Below are positions 8,590 to 16,232 of a stretch of DNA of 64,000 bases, piece after piece. Each line of letters opens with the position of its first letter. The stretch's first letter is position 1. Position numbers and translations under genes: made by a program. Source of the DNA: a bacterium (GTDB lineage: Bacteria > UBA10199 > 2-02-FULL-50-16 > JAJFLM01); assembly GCA_965216315.1 (NCBI GenBank), contig CBDCFN010000016.1:352001-416000 (forward strand). Reading direction: 5' to 3'. Below the pieces are notes generated by a model. That model did no database searches and was not told the DNA's origin. It worked only from the letters and a program-made list of their open reading frames with translations.

Positions 8590-10743
8590 ATGGCTTATTT
8601 TATGGCGGGGGGGATTGCCACGACTCAGCTTGCGTCGGCTGGTGTCCCTGCCCTGAATTCAGGAATTTTATCAGCCCAGTTGCTCAGCCAACCGGCGGTC
8701 TTCGGCGAAATGGCGCCCGGAGCCCCGTTGGCCCTGTCGCTGCAAAGCCCTTATTCCCTGCAACGAACCCAGGCCCGCGAGAATGCCGCGACCGACGCGA
8801 CCTTTCAGGCCGCCGTTCAATTGTTGGACGATATTCAGCGTGGCGTTGATCCCGCGGAGGGAACGGCCGCCGCGTCATTGGATCGCGCTCGTGCGGCGAC
8901 CTTTGTCAGCCGCCTCCAGCGCGAGATCGATCAGGCCTTAGCGCAGACCGCACTCGGTGACCTGGCGGAACCGCTCCGCCAAATAATGACGCAGCATCCG
9001 GAGTTGGCGACTGCCGACCTGGCGACCTGGCGGGAAAATGACTTAGGCCGTAACTTTATCGAGCGCGTCAAAAATCTCTATCGTGAGCAATATTTAGGTT
9101 TTAGCGCCTTTCGTGCAACGACGCAGCTTCCCGGGACGGAGCAGGTTGCCGCCTTGGAAAATGCGGTGCGGGCGATCTATGGCGACGCCGGCCAGGCGCT
9201 GCTCTCCGAGCTGGCGCAAGAAAATCTCAGTGAACTCTTACAACGCGAGAGCTTGGCCGAGCGGGTTTCGCCGGAGGTGTTAGCCAGGCTTTTCCCCGCG
9301 GGACAGCCGCCGTTGACCGAGCGGTACCAAAAAATGGGTCACATGGCCCTGTTTGCGCGCTTTGTCGTGACGCAGCGTCAGTTCATGGAATCCCTCGTCG
9401 GTTCCCCGGAGCGCGTCGAACTCTTTTGGACCTTGCGTGGCTTGGAACTAGAGATGTCGCGACGGGATGATTTCGAGTCGGATGCGTTCAAGACCTTGAT
9501 GCGGCGGGTCCAGATGCCGGACTTAAGCCCCGTTGACCGGAGCCGTTATTTCGCCCTCCAAGAGGCTGTGGCCAAGAGTGGGGCGAATCCGGATCCAGCC
9601 CTCCAGGCGCAAGTCACCGAAGCGCTCCATTATTTTTCTCAGCGGACCGGTGAAACCGATTTAGCAACGGATGCTGGCCAGCATTTTGCCTACCGGGATG
9701 TCGTGCAACAGGTGGCGCTCCTGGCGCTCCGCGTCGGCGTCTCGGCGGAGGACATCAGACGGGAGACCAGCGGACAGGGGACGGCCCCATCGAATGAGCC
9801 GGTGACGCTCCAGCAGATTTATGACGGCACCCAGGTCGTGACCCTTGACGCACTGCCACCGGAAATAAAGGACATCCTTCGCGCCACGGGCCAGTGGGAT
9901 CTCGTCAATCAGGCGACGCGGCGGGTCATCCTCATGCCGGAGATCGCCTCGACGGACTACGTCAAGATGCTGGTCGGCTCGGCACCGAGCGGCCGGGGCT
10001 ATTTTGCCGACGGAACCCTGGTGATCTCGACCGCCCCGGACGGGCTGCGCTCACCGGTCTGGCGCATTGCCGGGTTGATTGCCCATGAAGCGGCGCATCT
10101 GCGCTCTTTGAATGGGATTATGGACAACCCGCAAGAGCTGATGGGAATGACCTCGAATGTACCTCAAGAGCGGGAGGCCTATGCCTGGGAGTCGAAGTTT
10201 TATCGGAGCTTTCTCAGTCGCTTTGGATCCCGCCTCAATGACGCGGATCGCGCCGCCATTGAGCAAACCGTTTTCAATACCGAGTCCATCGTCTATGCGA
10301 CCAATCTGCTCTTGAGCCATTCATTAGAGGACCTGGAGCCGGGGCGTGGGCTGCAGGCCGATCTGGAAATGCGGCGGTATGGCGGGCTGACCGTCGGGCA
10401 GTTGGATATCAATAGTTATCCGGAGCGGTTGCGGGACTTGATCGGGAGGATTGAGTTTAGTGGGGTCGACGGCATCCATCTCAGTAATTTGCGTTCCCGG
10501 CTGCGGCGTCGGATCGAAGATCTCGAACGGGCGCTCCAGGCGTCGCTACGGTTTCAACGCGAAGAGTTGGAGGCGCTGCGTCGGCAGACCGGATCCGACG
10601 CGCTCAGTCCCGAGGCGATTGCCGCCTTTGAGCAGCAGTTGACCGAGATGCCGGACGGGATCCGTCGGAGCCTTGAGGCCTATCGGCGGCAGTTTGGGTT
10701 GTTGGGGCAGGATAACGGGCATGCCGCGGTCAAACTTACCTAA
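8590..10743 (+). CDS. Hypothetical helical protein with HExxH zinc-metalloprotease motif; candidate T3SS effector
   Basis: LIAHEAAHLR (HEAAH at 10084-10098) and downstream EREAY; no signal peptide seen; follows sctT. Confidence 0.55.
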   Translation: MAYFMAGGIATTQLASAGVPALNSGILSAQLLSQPAVFGEMAPGAPLALSLQSPYSLQRTQARENAATDATFQAAVQLLDDIQRGVDPAEGTAAASLDRARAATFVSRLQREIDQALAQTALGDLAEPLRQIMTQHPELATADLATWRENDLGRNFIERVKNLYREQYLGFSAFRATTQLPGTEQVAALENAVRAIYGDAGQALLSELAQENLSELLQRESLAERVSPEVLARLFPAGQPPLTERYQKMGHMALFARFVVTQRQFMESLVGSPERVELFWTLRGLELEMSRRDDFESDAFKTLMRRVQMPDLSPVDRSRYFALQEAVAKSGANPDPALQAQVTEALHYFSQRTGETDLATDAGQHFAYRDVVQQVALLALRVGVSAEDIRRETSGQGTAPSNEPVTLQQIYDGTQVVTLDALPPEIKDILRATGQWDLVNQATRRVILMPEIASTDYVKMLVGSAPSGRGYFADGTLVISTAPDGLRSPVWRIAGLIAHEAAHLRSLNGIMDNPQELMGMTSNVPQEREAYAWESKFYRSFLSRFGSRLNDADRAAIEQTVFNTESIVYATNLLLSHSLEDLEPGRGLQADLEMRRYGGLTVGQLDINSYPERLRDLIGRIEFSGVDGIHLSNLRSRLRRRIEDLERALQASLRFQREELEALRRQTGSDALSPEAIAAFEQQLTEMPDGIRRSLEAYRRQFGLLGQDNGHAAVKLT

Positions 10744-10887
10744 TATTCTTTAACTTGGCCGCAACTGGAGCCGAGCGATCAGCGAAGAATGAGCTGGCGT
10801 TGAGATGAATGCCGCGAAATTTTTCAACTATTTGAATTTATTGAATAAATTTCTTTCAACTATTGGGATGAATTTGCCAATAAGGCG

Positions 10888-10914
10888 GCAACTATTCGTC
10901 GATCGAGCCGATAA
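10888..10914 (+). promoter_or_regulatory. Sigma28-like promoter GCAACTAT-N11-GCCGATAA
   Basis: Perfect GCCGATAA -10 box, 23 nt upstream of ATG 10938. Confidence 0.65.
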
Positions 10915-10937
10915 TCTAGATTAGAGATTATTTTATT

Positions 10938-12413
10938 ATGGGCAGTTATAGCATTTCAATTAGCGGCGCGCATACCCAGACCCTGACCGGGTCGGTGGCC
11001 ATCACGCGGGATGGGAATTTTACCGCGACGGAGCATGGCGCGGCCAAAACCGCCGTCCGTCAGGCCCTCGTTGCGGCAGGCTATTTCGATGGCGGGGGCG
11101 GCCGCTGGTATAAAGATCTTAATGGCGATGGCAATTATACTGCCGATGAGCGCGTCAATATCAGCGTTTCCTTATCCGGCGGCAGCGGTGCGAATTCCAC
11201 CGAGTGGAGCGGCGGGATTGGGACCCTGATGGGGGGAAGTCCTCCGACGGCCATCCCGATGTCCGGGAGTGGCGATACCAACGGCGGCGGTGATACGAAT
11301 GGGACGAACAATGGCACCGGCAATGGCAGTGGCGGTCGGCGTGGGAGCGGAGGACGTACGAGCGGTGGCGGTGGGACGAGTCGCACGACGACTAGTGACC
11401 CCAGCACCTGGACCGGCTATCCGATGCGCATCCGCGTCAAAAAGTCTGATGGGACCTGGGGCGAGTGGCGCACGATCCCTCACGGCCAGGATAACAATTA
11501 TGACGCGAGTGATGCCGAAATCCGCCAGTTGCTCGGGGTTTTGGAAAACGATGATACCGGAGACATGAATGCCCAGGTTCAGGTCGAGTATCAACGCAAT
11601 GGCAGTTGGGGACATGCGGATTCCTTCGATCAATTAGGTCCCCTCTATACCCGGGCCGGGATGGTCCGCCCGGGGGCGACGTCGGGGATGGGCAACGCGA
11701 CGATCAGTTACCGGGATGGCTCGCGGACACGAACGGTGACGGTGCAGTACCGTCTCGATCCCAATTCTGAAGGGGATGTCAGTCACGCCGAGGCGACGCG
11801 CATTCAAGAAATTTTTCGCAACATTCCCGGTTATCAAAGCAGCTGGCGGATCACGCAGGTGCAAGCGGAGGGCAAGACCCTGAATGCCGGTGCTTGGGCG
11901 AGCCGCCTGAGCCCGGATTATCGCTCGCCCAACAGCTCCGGGACTCCCGACGATTTTCTCGATGATTCCTTGAATCGCGGTTTTCTGGCCCGTTTGAGTC
12001 GCAACCGGCAGAGTCGCCGGGCGGAACAGCGGCGTTTGACCGCCATGTTGAATAATCTCCTCAGAGGCGGCCGGCTGAACTGGCGGACCTTCTTAAGCTA
12101 CATCAATCTCAGTGCGATGCGGCGCGAGGCCGTCGTGAACGAGTCCTTGAGCTGGGCGGTGCAGAGCCTGTCCGAAATCGAGGCCCGCCAGGGTGAACTC
12201 AATACCGAATTGCGCGGGCTGAGTTCGTCGGACCGCAACCGCTATACCTCGAGCATGACGCGCATCAACAACGAGCTCAATGAGCTCTCCGGGCAGCGTA
12301 ATTCAATCATGAGCTTTGTCCGCGACTCCAAGTCGGTCTCTGATGAAGGGAAGGAACTCGCGAAGAGTCTCTACGCCGAGCTCCAGCAGGAAGAAATGTT
12401 GATGCGCTTCTAG
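10938..12413 (+). CDS. Putative T3SS-secreted protein, paralogue A1 (EF-hand-like loop, Gly-rich linker, C-terminal helical domain)
   Basis: Strong paralogy with 12685-14067 from STWTG.PMRIRVK onward; DLNGDGNYTADE loop. Confidence 0.6.
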   Translation: MGSYSISISGAHTQTLTGSVAITRDGNFTATEHGAAKTAVRQALVAAGYFDGGGGRWYKDLNGDGNYTADERVNISVSLSGGSGANSTEWSGGIGTLMGGSPPTAIPMSGSGDTNGGGDTNGTNNGTGNGSGGRRGSGGRTSGGGGTSRTTTSDPSTWTGYPMRIRVKKSDGTWGEWRTIPHGQDNNYDASDAEIRQLLGVLENDDTGDMNAQVQVEYQRNGSWGHADSFDQLGPLYTRAGMVRPGATSGMGNATISYRDGSRTRTVTVQYRLDPNSEGDVSHAEATRIQEIFRNIPGYQSSWRITQVQAEGKTLNAGAWASRLSPDYRSPNSSGTPDDFLDDSLNRGFLARLSRNRQSRRAEQRRLTAMLNNLLRGGRLNWRTFLSYINLSAMRREAVVNESLSWAVQSLSEIEARQGELNTELRGLSSSDRNRYTSSMTRINNELNELSGQRNSIMSFVRDSKSVSDEGKELAKSLYAELQQEEMLMRF

Positions 12414-12490
12414 GCAGTGCACGCTGTCCCCCGCAACTGGAACTAGAACCCCCACGAAAACACTATGTCGGAGAATTTTAAGCGGACATC

Positions 12491-12530
12491 TGGGGTCTGT
12501 AGACCTCAAATCCCGGTCCCCTGGACCCGA
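12491..12530. promoter_or_regulatory. Tandem 18-bp palindromic enhancer-like sites (TGGGGTCT-N2-AGACCTCA plus a weaker copy 22 bp downstream)
   Basis: About 110 and 90 bp upstream of the sigma54 box at 12601; motif recurs at 14124 and 25091. Confidence 0.55.
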
Positions 12531-12600
12531 TTTCGTTGATCCCGGGCCGCCGTTTTAATTGTAAGTATTTGAAATTATAAAGGAAATTATTTCCGCCCCT

Positions 12601-12616
12601 TGGCATGAAACTTGCT
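12601..12616 (+). promoter_or_regulatory. Sigma54 -24/-12 promoter TGGCAT-GAAAC-TTGCT
   Basis: Matches TGGCAC-N5-TTGCW; IHF-like site at 12562-12574 just upstream. Confidence 0.8.
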
Positions 12617-12684
12617 ACTTAATTGGGCGGAGACCAAGGGTCCGTGAGGACCATAACAGACGCTAGAATTTATTAGGAATAACG

Positions 12685-14067
12685 ATGGCAACGGCATCAT
12701 TTACCATAACCTATACGAAAAACGGCACTCAGCACACGGCCAATATCACCACGGGTGAACTCGATCGCAACGGTGACGGTCAGGTAACGGCTCGTGAAGT
12801 TGATGAGGCAGTCTCTGCGGCGATCCGCGACTACCGGGTTGATGGTAATCGGGTATTTAACTGCGCGGATAGTGCGACGGCGATTACTGGCCGTTCCGGC
12901 GTAACCATTGATAGTCGCAGTGATGTGACGCTTTCCAATTTGACCGGGCATACGAGTTTTACAATGCCGGCGGTGCTCAATCGAAGTTCTTTATCCGCAC
13001 CGGTCCGGACGAGCAACGCGAGCGATCACTCGACCTGGACCGGACGGCCGATGCGCATCCGCGTCAAGAACGCCGATGGTTCCTGGGGACCGTGGCACGA
13101 GATTCCGCACAGCATGGACACTAATTCTGCCGTGAGTAACGAGGAGTTAGCCCGGTTGCTTGGCACACTTCCCTCAAATGAAACCGGTAATATGGGTGCC
13201 GATGTCCAGATTCAGTACCAGAATTCGAGTGGGCAATGGCACCGTTCCAGCGTTCATAATGAGGACTTGGGCAATCTCTATCCCCGCGCCGGCGTGACCC
13301 CGCCGGGAACCGGTGATGGCATGGGCTGGGCGACTATTAAATATCGGGATGGTAATAATACCCGGACGGTTCGTGTCCAGTACCGCTTGGACCCGAATTC
13401 GCCCAACGACGTCAACCACACCGAGGCGACCCGCATTCGAGATGTTTTTCGCAATCTACCCGGTTACCAAAGCTCTTGGCGCATCACCGAGATCCAGGCC
13501 GAAGGCCAGACTTTGGATGCCGGTGGGTTCGCCAGTCGTCTGAGTGATGACTATGTCTCGCCGAATAATCCTAATAATCCGGATAACCCGGATGACCCGA
13601 ACAATCCGGTCAATGGGGCGATTACGCGTAACCTGACCGAGCGCTTGGGCCGGAGTCGTCGCAGCAGTAAGGCGCAGCAGCGGCAGATCACGATGATCCT
13701 GCAGAGTCTGCTTAGAGGCGGTAATCTAAATTGGCGGACCTTTTTGAGCTATATCAATATGAGTACGATGCGGCGTGAGGCCGTGATGAACGAGGCCCTG
13801 ACCTATGCGGTCCAGAGCCTGTCCGGTCTCGAACAGCGCCAGAGTGAGCTGAATACCGAATTGCGTGGCCTGAGCACGAGTGACCGGAACCGCTATACCT
13901 CGAGCATGACCCGCATCAACAACGAACTCAACGAGCTCTCCGGGCAGCGGACGGCGATCATGAACTTTGTCCGTGACTCCAAATCCGTCTCGGATGAGGG
14001 CAAGGAACTCGTCAAGAGCCTGATGGCCGAGCTGCAGCAGGAAGAAGCCCTGATGCGTTTCGCATAA
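12685..14067 (+). CDS. Putative T3SS-secreted protein, paralogue A2
   Basis: Paralogue of A1 with a different N-terminus; DRNGDGQVTARE loop; (N/D)xP repeat linker; TAGGA RBS. Confidence 0.6.
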   Translation: MATASFTITYTKNGTQHTANITTGELDRNGDGQVTAREVDEAVSAAIRDYRVDGNRVFNCADSATAITGRSGVTIDSRSDVTLSNLTGHTSFTMPAVLNRSSLSAPVRTSNASDHSTWTGRPMRIRVKNADGSWGPWHEIPHSMDTNSAVSNEELARLLGTLPSNETGNMGADVQIQYQNSSGQWHRSSVHNEDLGNLYPRAGVTPPGTGDGMGWATIKYRDGNNTRTVRVQYRLDPNSPNDVNHTEATRIRDVFRNLPGYQSSWRITEIQAEGQTLDAGGFASRLSDDYVSPNNPNNPDNPDDPNNPVNGAITRNLTERLGRSRRSSKAQQRQITMILQSLLRGGNLNWRTFLSYINMSTMRREAVMNEALTYAVQSLSGLEQRQSELNTELRGLSTSDRNRYTSSMTRINNELNELSGQRTAIMNFVRDSKSVSDEGKELVKSLMAELQQEEALMRFA

Positions 14068-14090
14068 TCTAAGTTATTGATATTAGGGAG

Positions 14091-14118
14091 AAAGGCGGCC
14101 TTCATGGCCGCCTTTTTT
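14091..14118 (+). terminator. Rho-independent terminator
   Basis: AAAGGCGGCC-TTCAT-GGCCGCCTTT followed by T run. Confidence 0.85.
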
Positions 14119-14123
14119 ATTGC

Positions 14124-14185
14124 TGGGGCCCTCAGCCCCCATATCCCCGCCTCCAGACCCCAGGGAGTGGGGTATTCAGGGCCTA
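14124..14185. promoter_or_regulatory. Phased enhancer-like sites TGGGGCCC-TC-AGCCCCCA, a half-site AGACCCCA, and TGGGGTAT-TC-AGGGCCTA
   Basis: Three copies about 21-23 bp apart, upstream of the sigma54 box at 14259. Confidence 0.5.
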
Positions 14186-14258
14186 ATTTTTTGGCTTCAA
14201 ATTGTATAATCCCCTGATTTTAGGTATCATTTACTTAGTGCCCCTCTCCGGCGGAGGT

Positions 14259-14274
14259 TGGCATGGGTCTTGCA
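14259..14274 (+). promoter_or_regulatory. Sigma54 promoter TGGCAT-GGGTC-TTGCA
   Basis: GG-N10-GC geometry; implies the ORF-track start at 14258 is wrong. Confidence 0.75.
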
Positions 14275-14296
14275 TCTTAAGTCCGCGAGGACCTCT

Positions 14297-16132
14297 ATGG
14301 ATTTATGTTTGTTTGATAACAGCGCGATCGTTCTTGTCGGGAAGCAGGCCGGACTCTTTGACGTGAGTCATCCGGGCAGTGTCGGTGCCCCAAGCGGTCC
14401 GCAGAGTTCAGTTCAGAACCAGAGTACCTCCAGCTCCGGCGAGGCCCCGCAGTACGAAGCCAAGGTCGAAACCCCGACTTTATTGAGTCCGGAAGAAGAA
14501 GCCGCACTGGCCGACCAGAATTTACGCATGAGCAACGCGAATGTTGACCCCAACAAAGCTGCGATCCAGAGCAATCTGCAGGAGAGTAAACTTATTCATA
14601 AAGAGCAGATCACCTGGTTGGAGCACGTCCTGGGTGCGGATGTCGCCAAGGCCCTGCGCAGTGCCAATAAAGATAGTCTTCGCAATATTTCTGATGTCGC
14701 CCGCATTGTTTATGAAGTGACCGGCGGCGATCTCAAGGCCGTTCAAGCCCTGTTGAATAAACTGCACGCGATCAAGTCATCACTGCCCCGCGAAGCCCGC
14801 GCCGATCTCGATGCAATTACGGGCCTCATTGGAGAGATCGAGACCCGAGCCGCAGCGGATGGATTGAAAATCAGCTCTAGTGCTTCCACGCACGATCAGT
14901 ACAAGGCCCGCTCGGCTGAACTGGAGCAGGTGATCACGAAGCTGCAAGACAAGCTGGCCACGCTGCTCCCCAAAGAGCTCGCCGCTCAGTTGAAGAGCCA
15001 AGGATTTTTAGGCGTCGGTGTGGCCAAGAAGGTCAGCGACGCGATTACCAAGAAATTTGATGCCCAGCTCAAGGAGCTGCGTGCCGAACTCAAGGCGGCC
15101 AAGGACGCCGGCAACAAAGAGCGGGTCCAGTTAATCAAGTCGAAAATCAGCGATGTCCAGGCCAACCAAAAGCAGGCCCTGCAGCAGGCCCGCATTCTCG
15201 GCAAGGTCCTGCAGGCCGGTGACCGGGCGCTTAGCTCCGAGAATCTCGAGCAGATCAATCAATTTTTTAATCTTATTGATGCCCCGCGCGGTGGTGCGCA
15301 GGAAGGTATCCAGGCAGCGGTTCTCAATCTTGATGAGGTCCGTGACCTCGATCAACTCGAAGGCATTGTCAATGTCGTGTTGAACGCCGAAGAGACCGCC
15401 CAGGCCGGGACGCAGTCGACCGCGCATTCCGGTGACGCCGGAGCGCCGCAAGAGTCGTCTTCGGGCGCCGGCATTCAGTCTGCAGGCGGTACCGGTAACG
15501 ATGAGCCGGTCGACGAAGCCGAGATGGCCAAAAAAGTTTTAATGGAAGAAGGCCAGGACATCGAAGGCCAGGGCAGCGGTGCCGGGATTCAATCCGAAGG
15601 CGCGACTGCCGAAGAGCATGCCGAGATCCAGGGTGACTGGATGGGCCTGACGCAGGCCGAGATGGGCATGAAGATCGCCAGTTCGAGCGTCGTGATGGGG
15701 ATTACCTCGTCGTATTACCGCGGCCGCTCGGACGAGCGCAAACTCAAGGGCATGATCGACAAGTTGATCGCCGCGATTTCACGCGGTGATCTCGATGCGA
15801 TCAGTACCGCTCTGATCCTGATCGGACGCCGCTCGCAGGAGAGCCTACGCAAGGTCTCCCTGACGATGATCAAGGCGATGAAATATTATGAAGAACAGCA
15901 GTCGGGCCTCAATGATGAGCTGGAATCCTTGACCCGTGATATGGGTCCGACCTTTGGTGCGGATATGCAGGCGATTAACAACAAGATGAATATGTACTCG
16001 AGTAATCGCCAGGCCCTGATGTCGATGTTCCGTGATACCAAGGCGCAGGTCGATACGATTGAGAATTTAACCAAGTCGATACTGGATATCGAAGGCCGGC
16101 AGAAACGCCAGCTGGCGCAATTCCAGGCCTAA
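14297..16132 (+). CDS. Putative T3SS-secreted coiled-coil protein, paralogue B1
   Basis: GAGGA RBS; N-terminal motif shared with 16233; C-terminal domain related to B2 (MNxYSSNRQA) and more distantly to A1/A2. Confidence 0.6.
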   Translation: MDLCLFDNSAIVLVGKQAGLFDVSHPGSVGAPSGPQSSVQNQSTSSSGEAPQYEAKVETPTLLSPEEEAALADQNLRMSNANVDPNKAAIQSNLQESKLIHKEQITWLEHVLGADVAKALRSANKDSLRNISDVARIVYEVTGGDLKAVQALLNKLHAIKSSLPREARADLDAITGLIGEIETRAAADGLKISSSASTHDQYKARSAELEQVITKLQDKLATLLPKELAAQLKSQGFLGVGVAKKVSDAITKKFDAQLKELRAELKAAKDAGNKERVQLIKSKISDVQANQKQALQQARILGKVLQAGDRALSSENLEQINQFFNLIDAPRGGAQEGIQAAVLNLDEVRDLDQLEGIVNVVLNAEETAQAGTQSTAHSGDAGAPQESSSGAGIQSAGGTGNDEPVDEAEMAKKVLMEEGQDIEGQGSGAGIQSEGATAEEHAEIQGDWMGLTQAEMGMKIASSSVVMGITSSYYRGRSDERKLKGMIDKLIAAISRGDLDAISTALILIGRRSQESLRKVSLTMIKAMKYYEEQQSGLNDELESLTRDMGPTFGADMQAINNKMNMYSSNRQALMSMFRDTKAQVDTIENLTKSILDIEGRQKRQLAQFQA

Positions 16133-16179
16133 ACGGCCGGAATCTGAATGTAGGGGCGCTGCTCGCCGCGCCCGGAAAG

Positions 16180-16208
16180 GCAACTGGAAGAGGCTTTTGA
16201 GCCGATAA
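16180..16208 (+). promoter_or_regulatory. Sigma28-like promoter GCAACTGG-N13-GCCGATAA
   Basis: Perfect -10 box 24 nt before ATG 16233; spacer 2 nt longer than at the other two sites. Confidence 0.5.
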
Positions 16209-16232
16209 AATATTGTTGGAACTGTAAATACG

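Noticed and set aside
10864..10878. Sigma54 promoter upstream of A1 (TGGGATGAATTTGCC)
   Set aside because: GG-to-GC spacing is 9 rather than the required 10.
14258..14296. ORF-track TTG start for B1
   Set aside because: It overlaps the sigma54 box; ATG 14297 has an RBS and a motif shared with B2.
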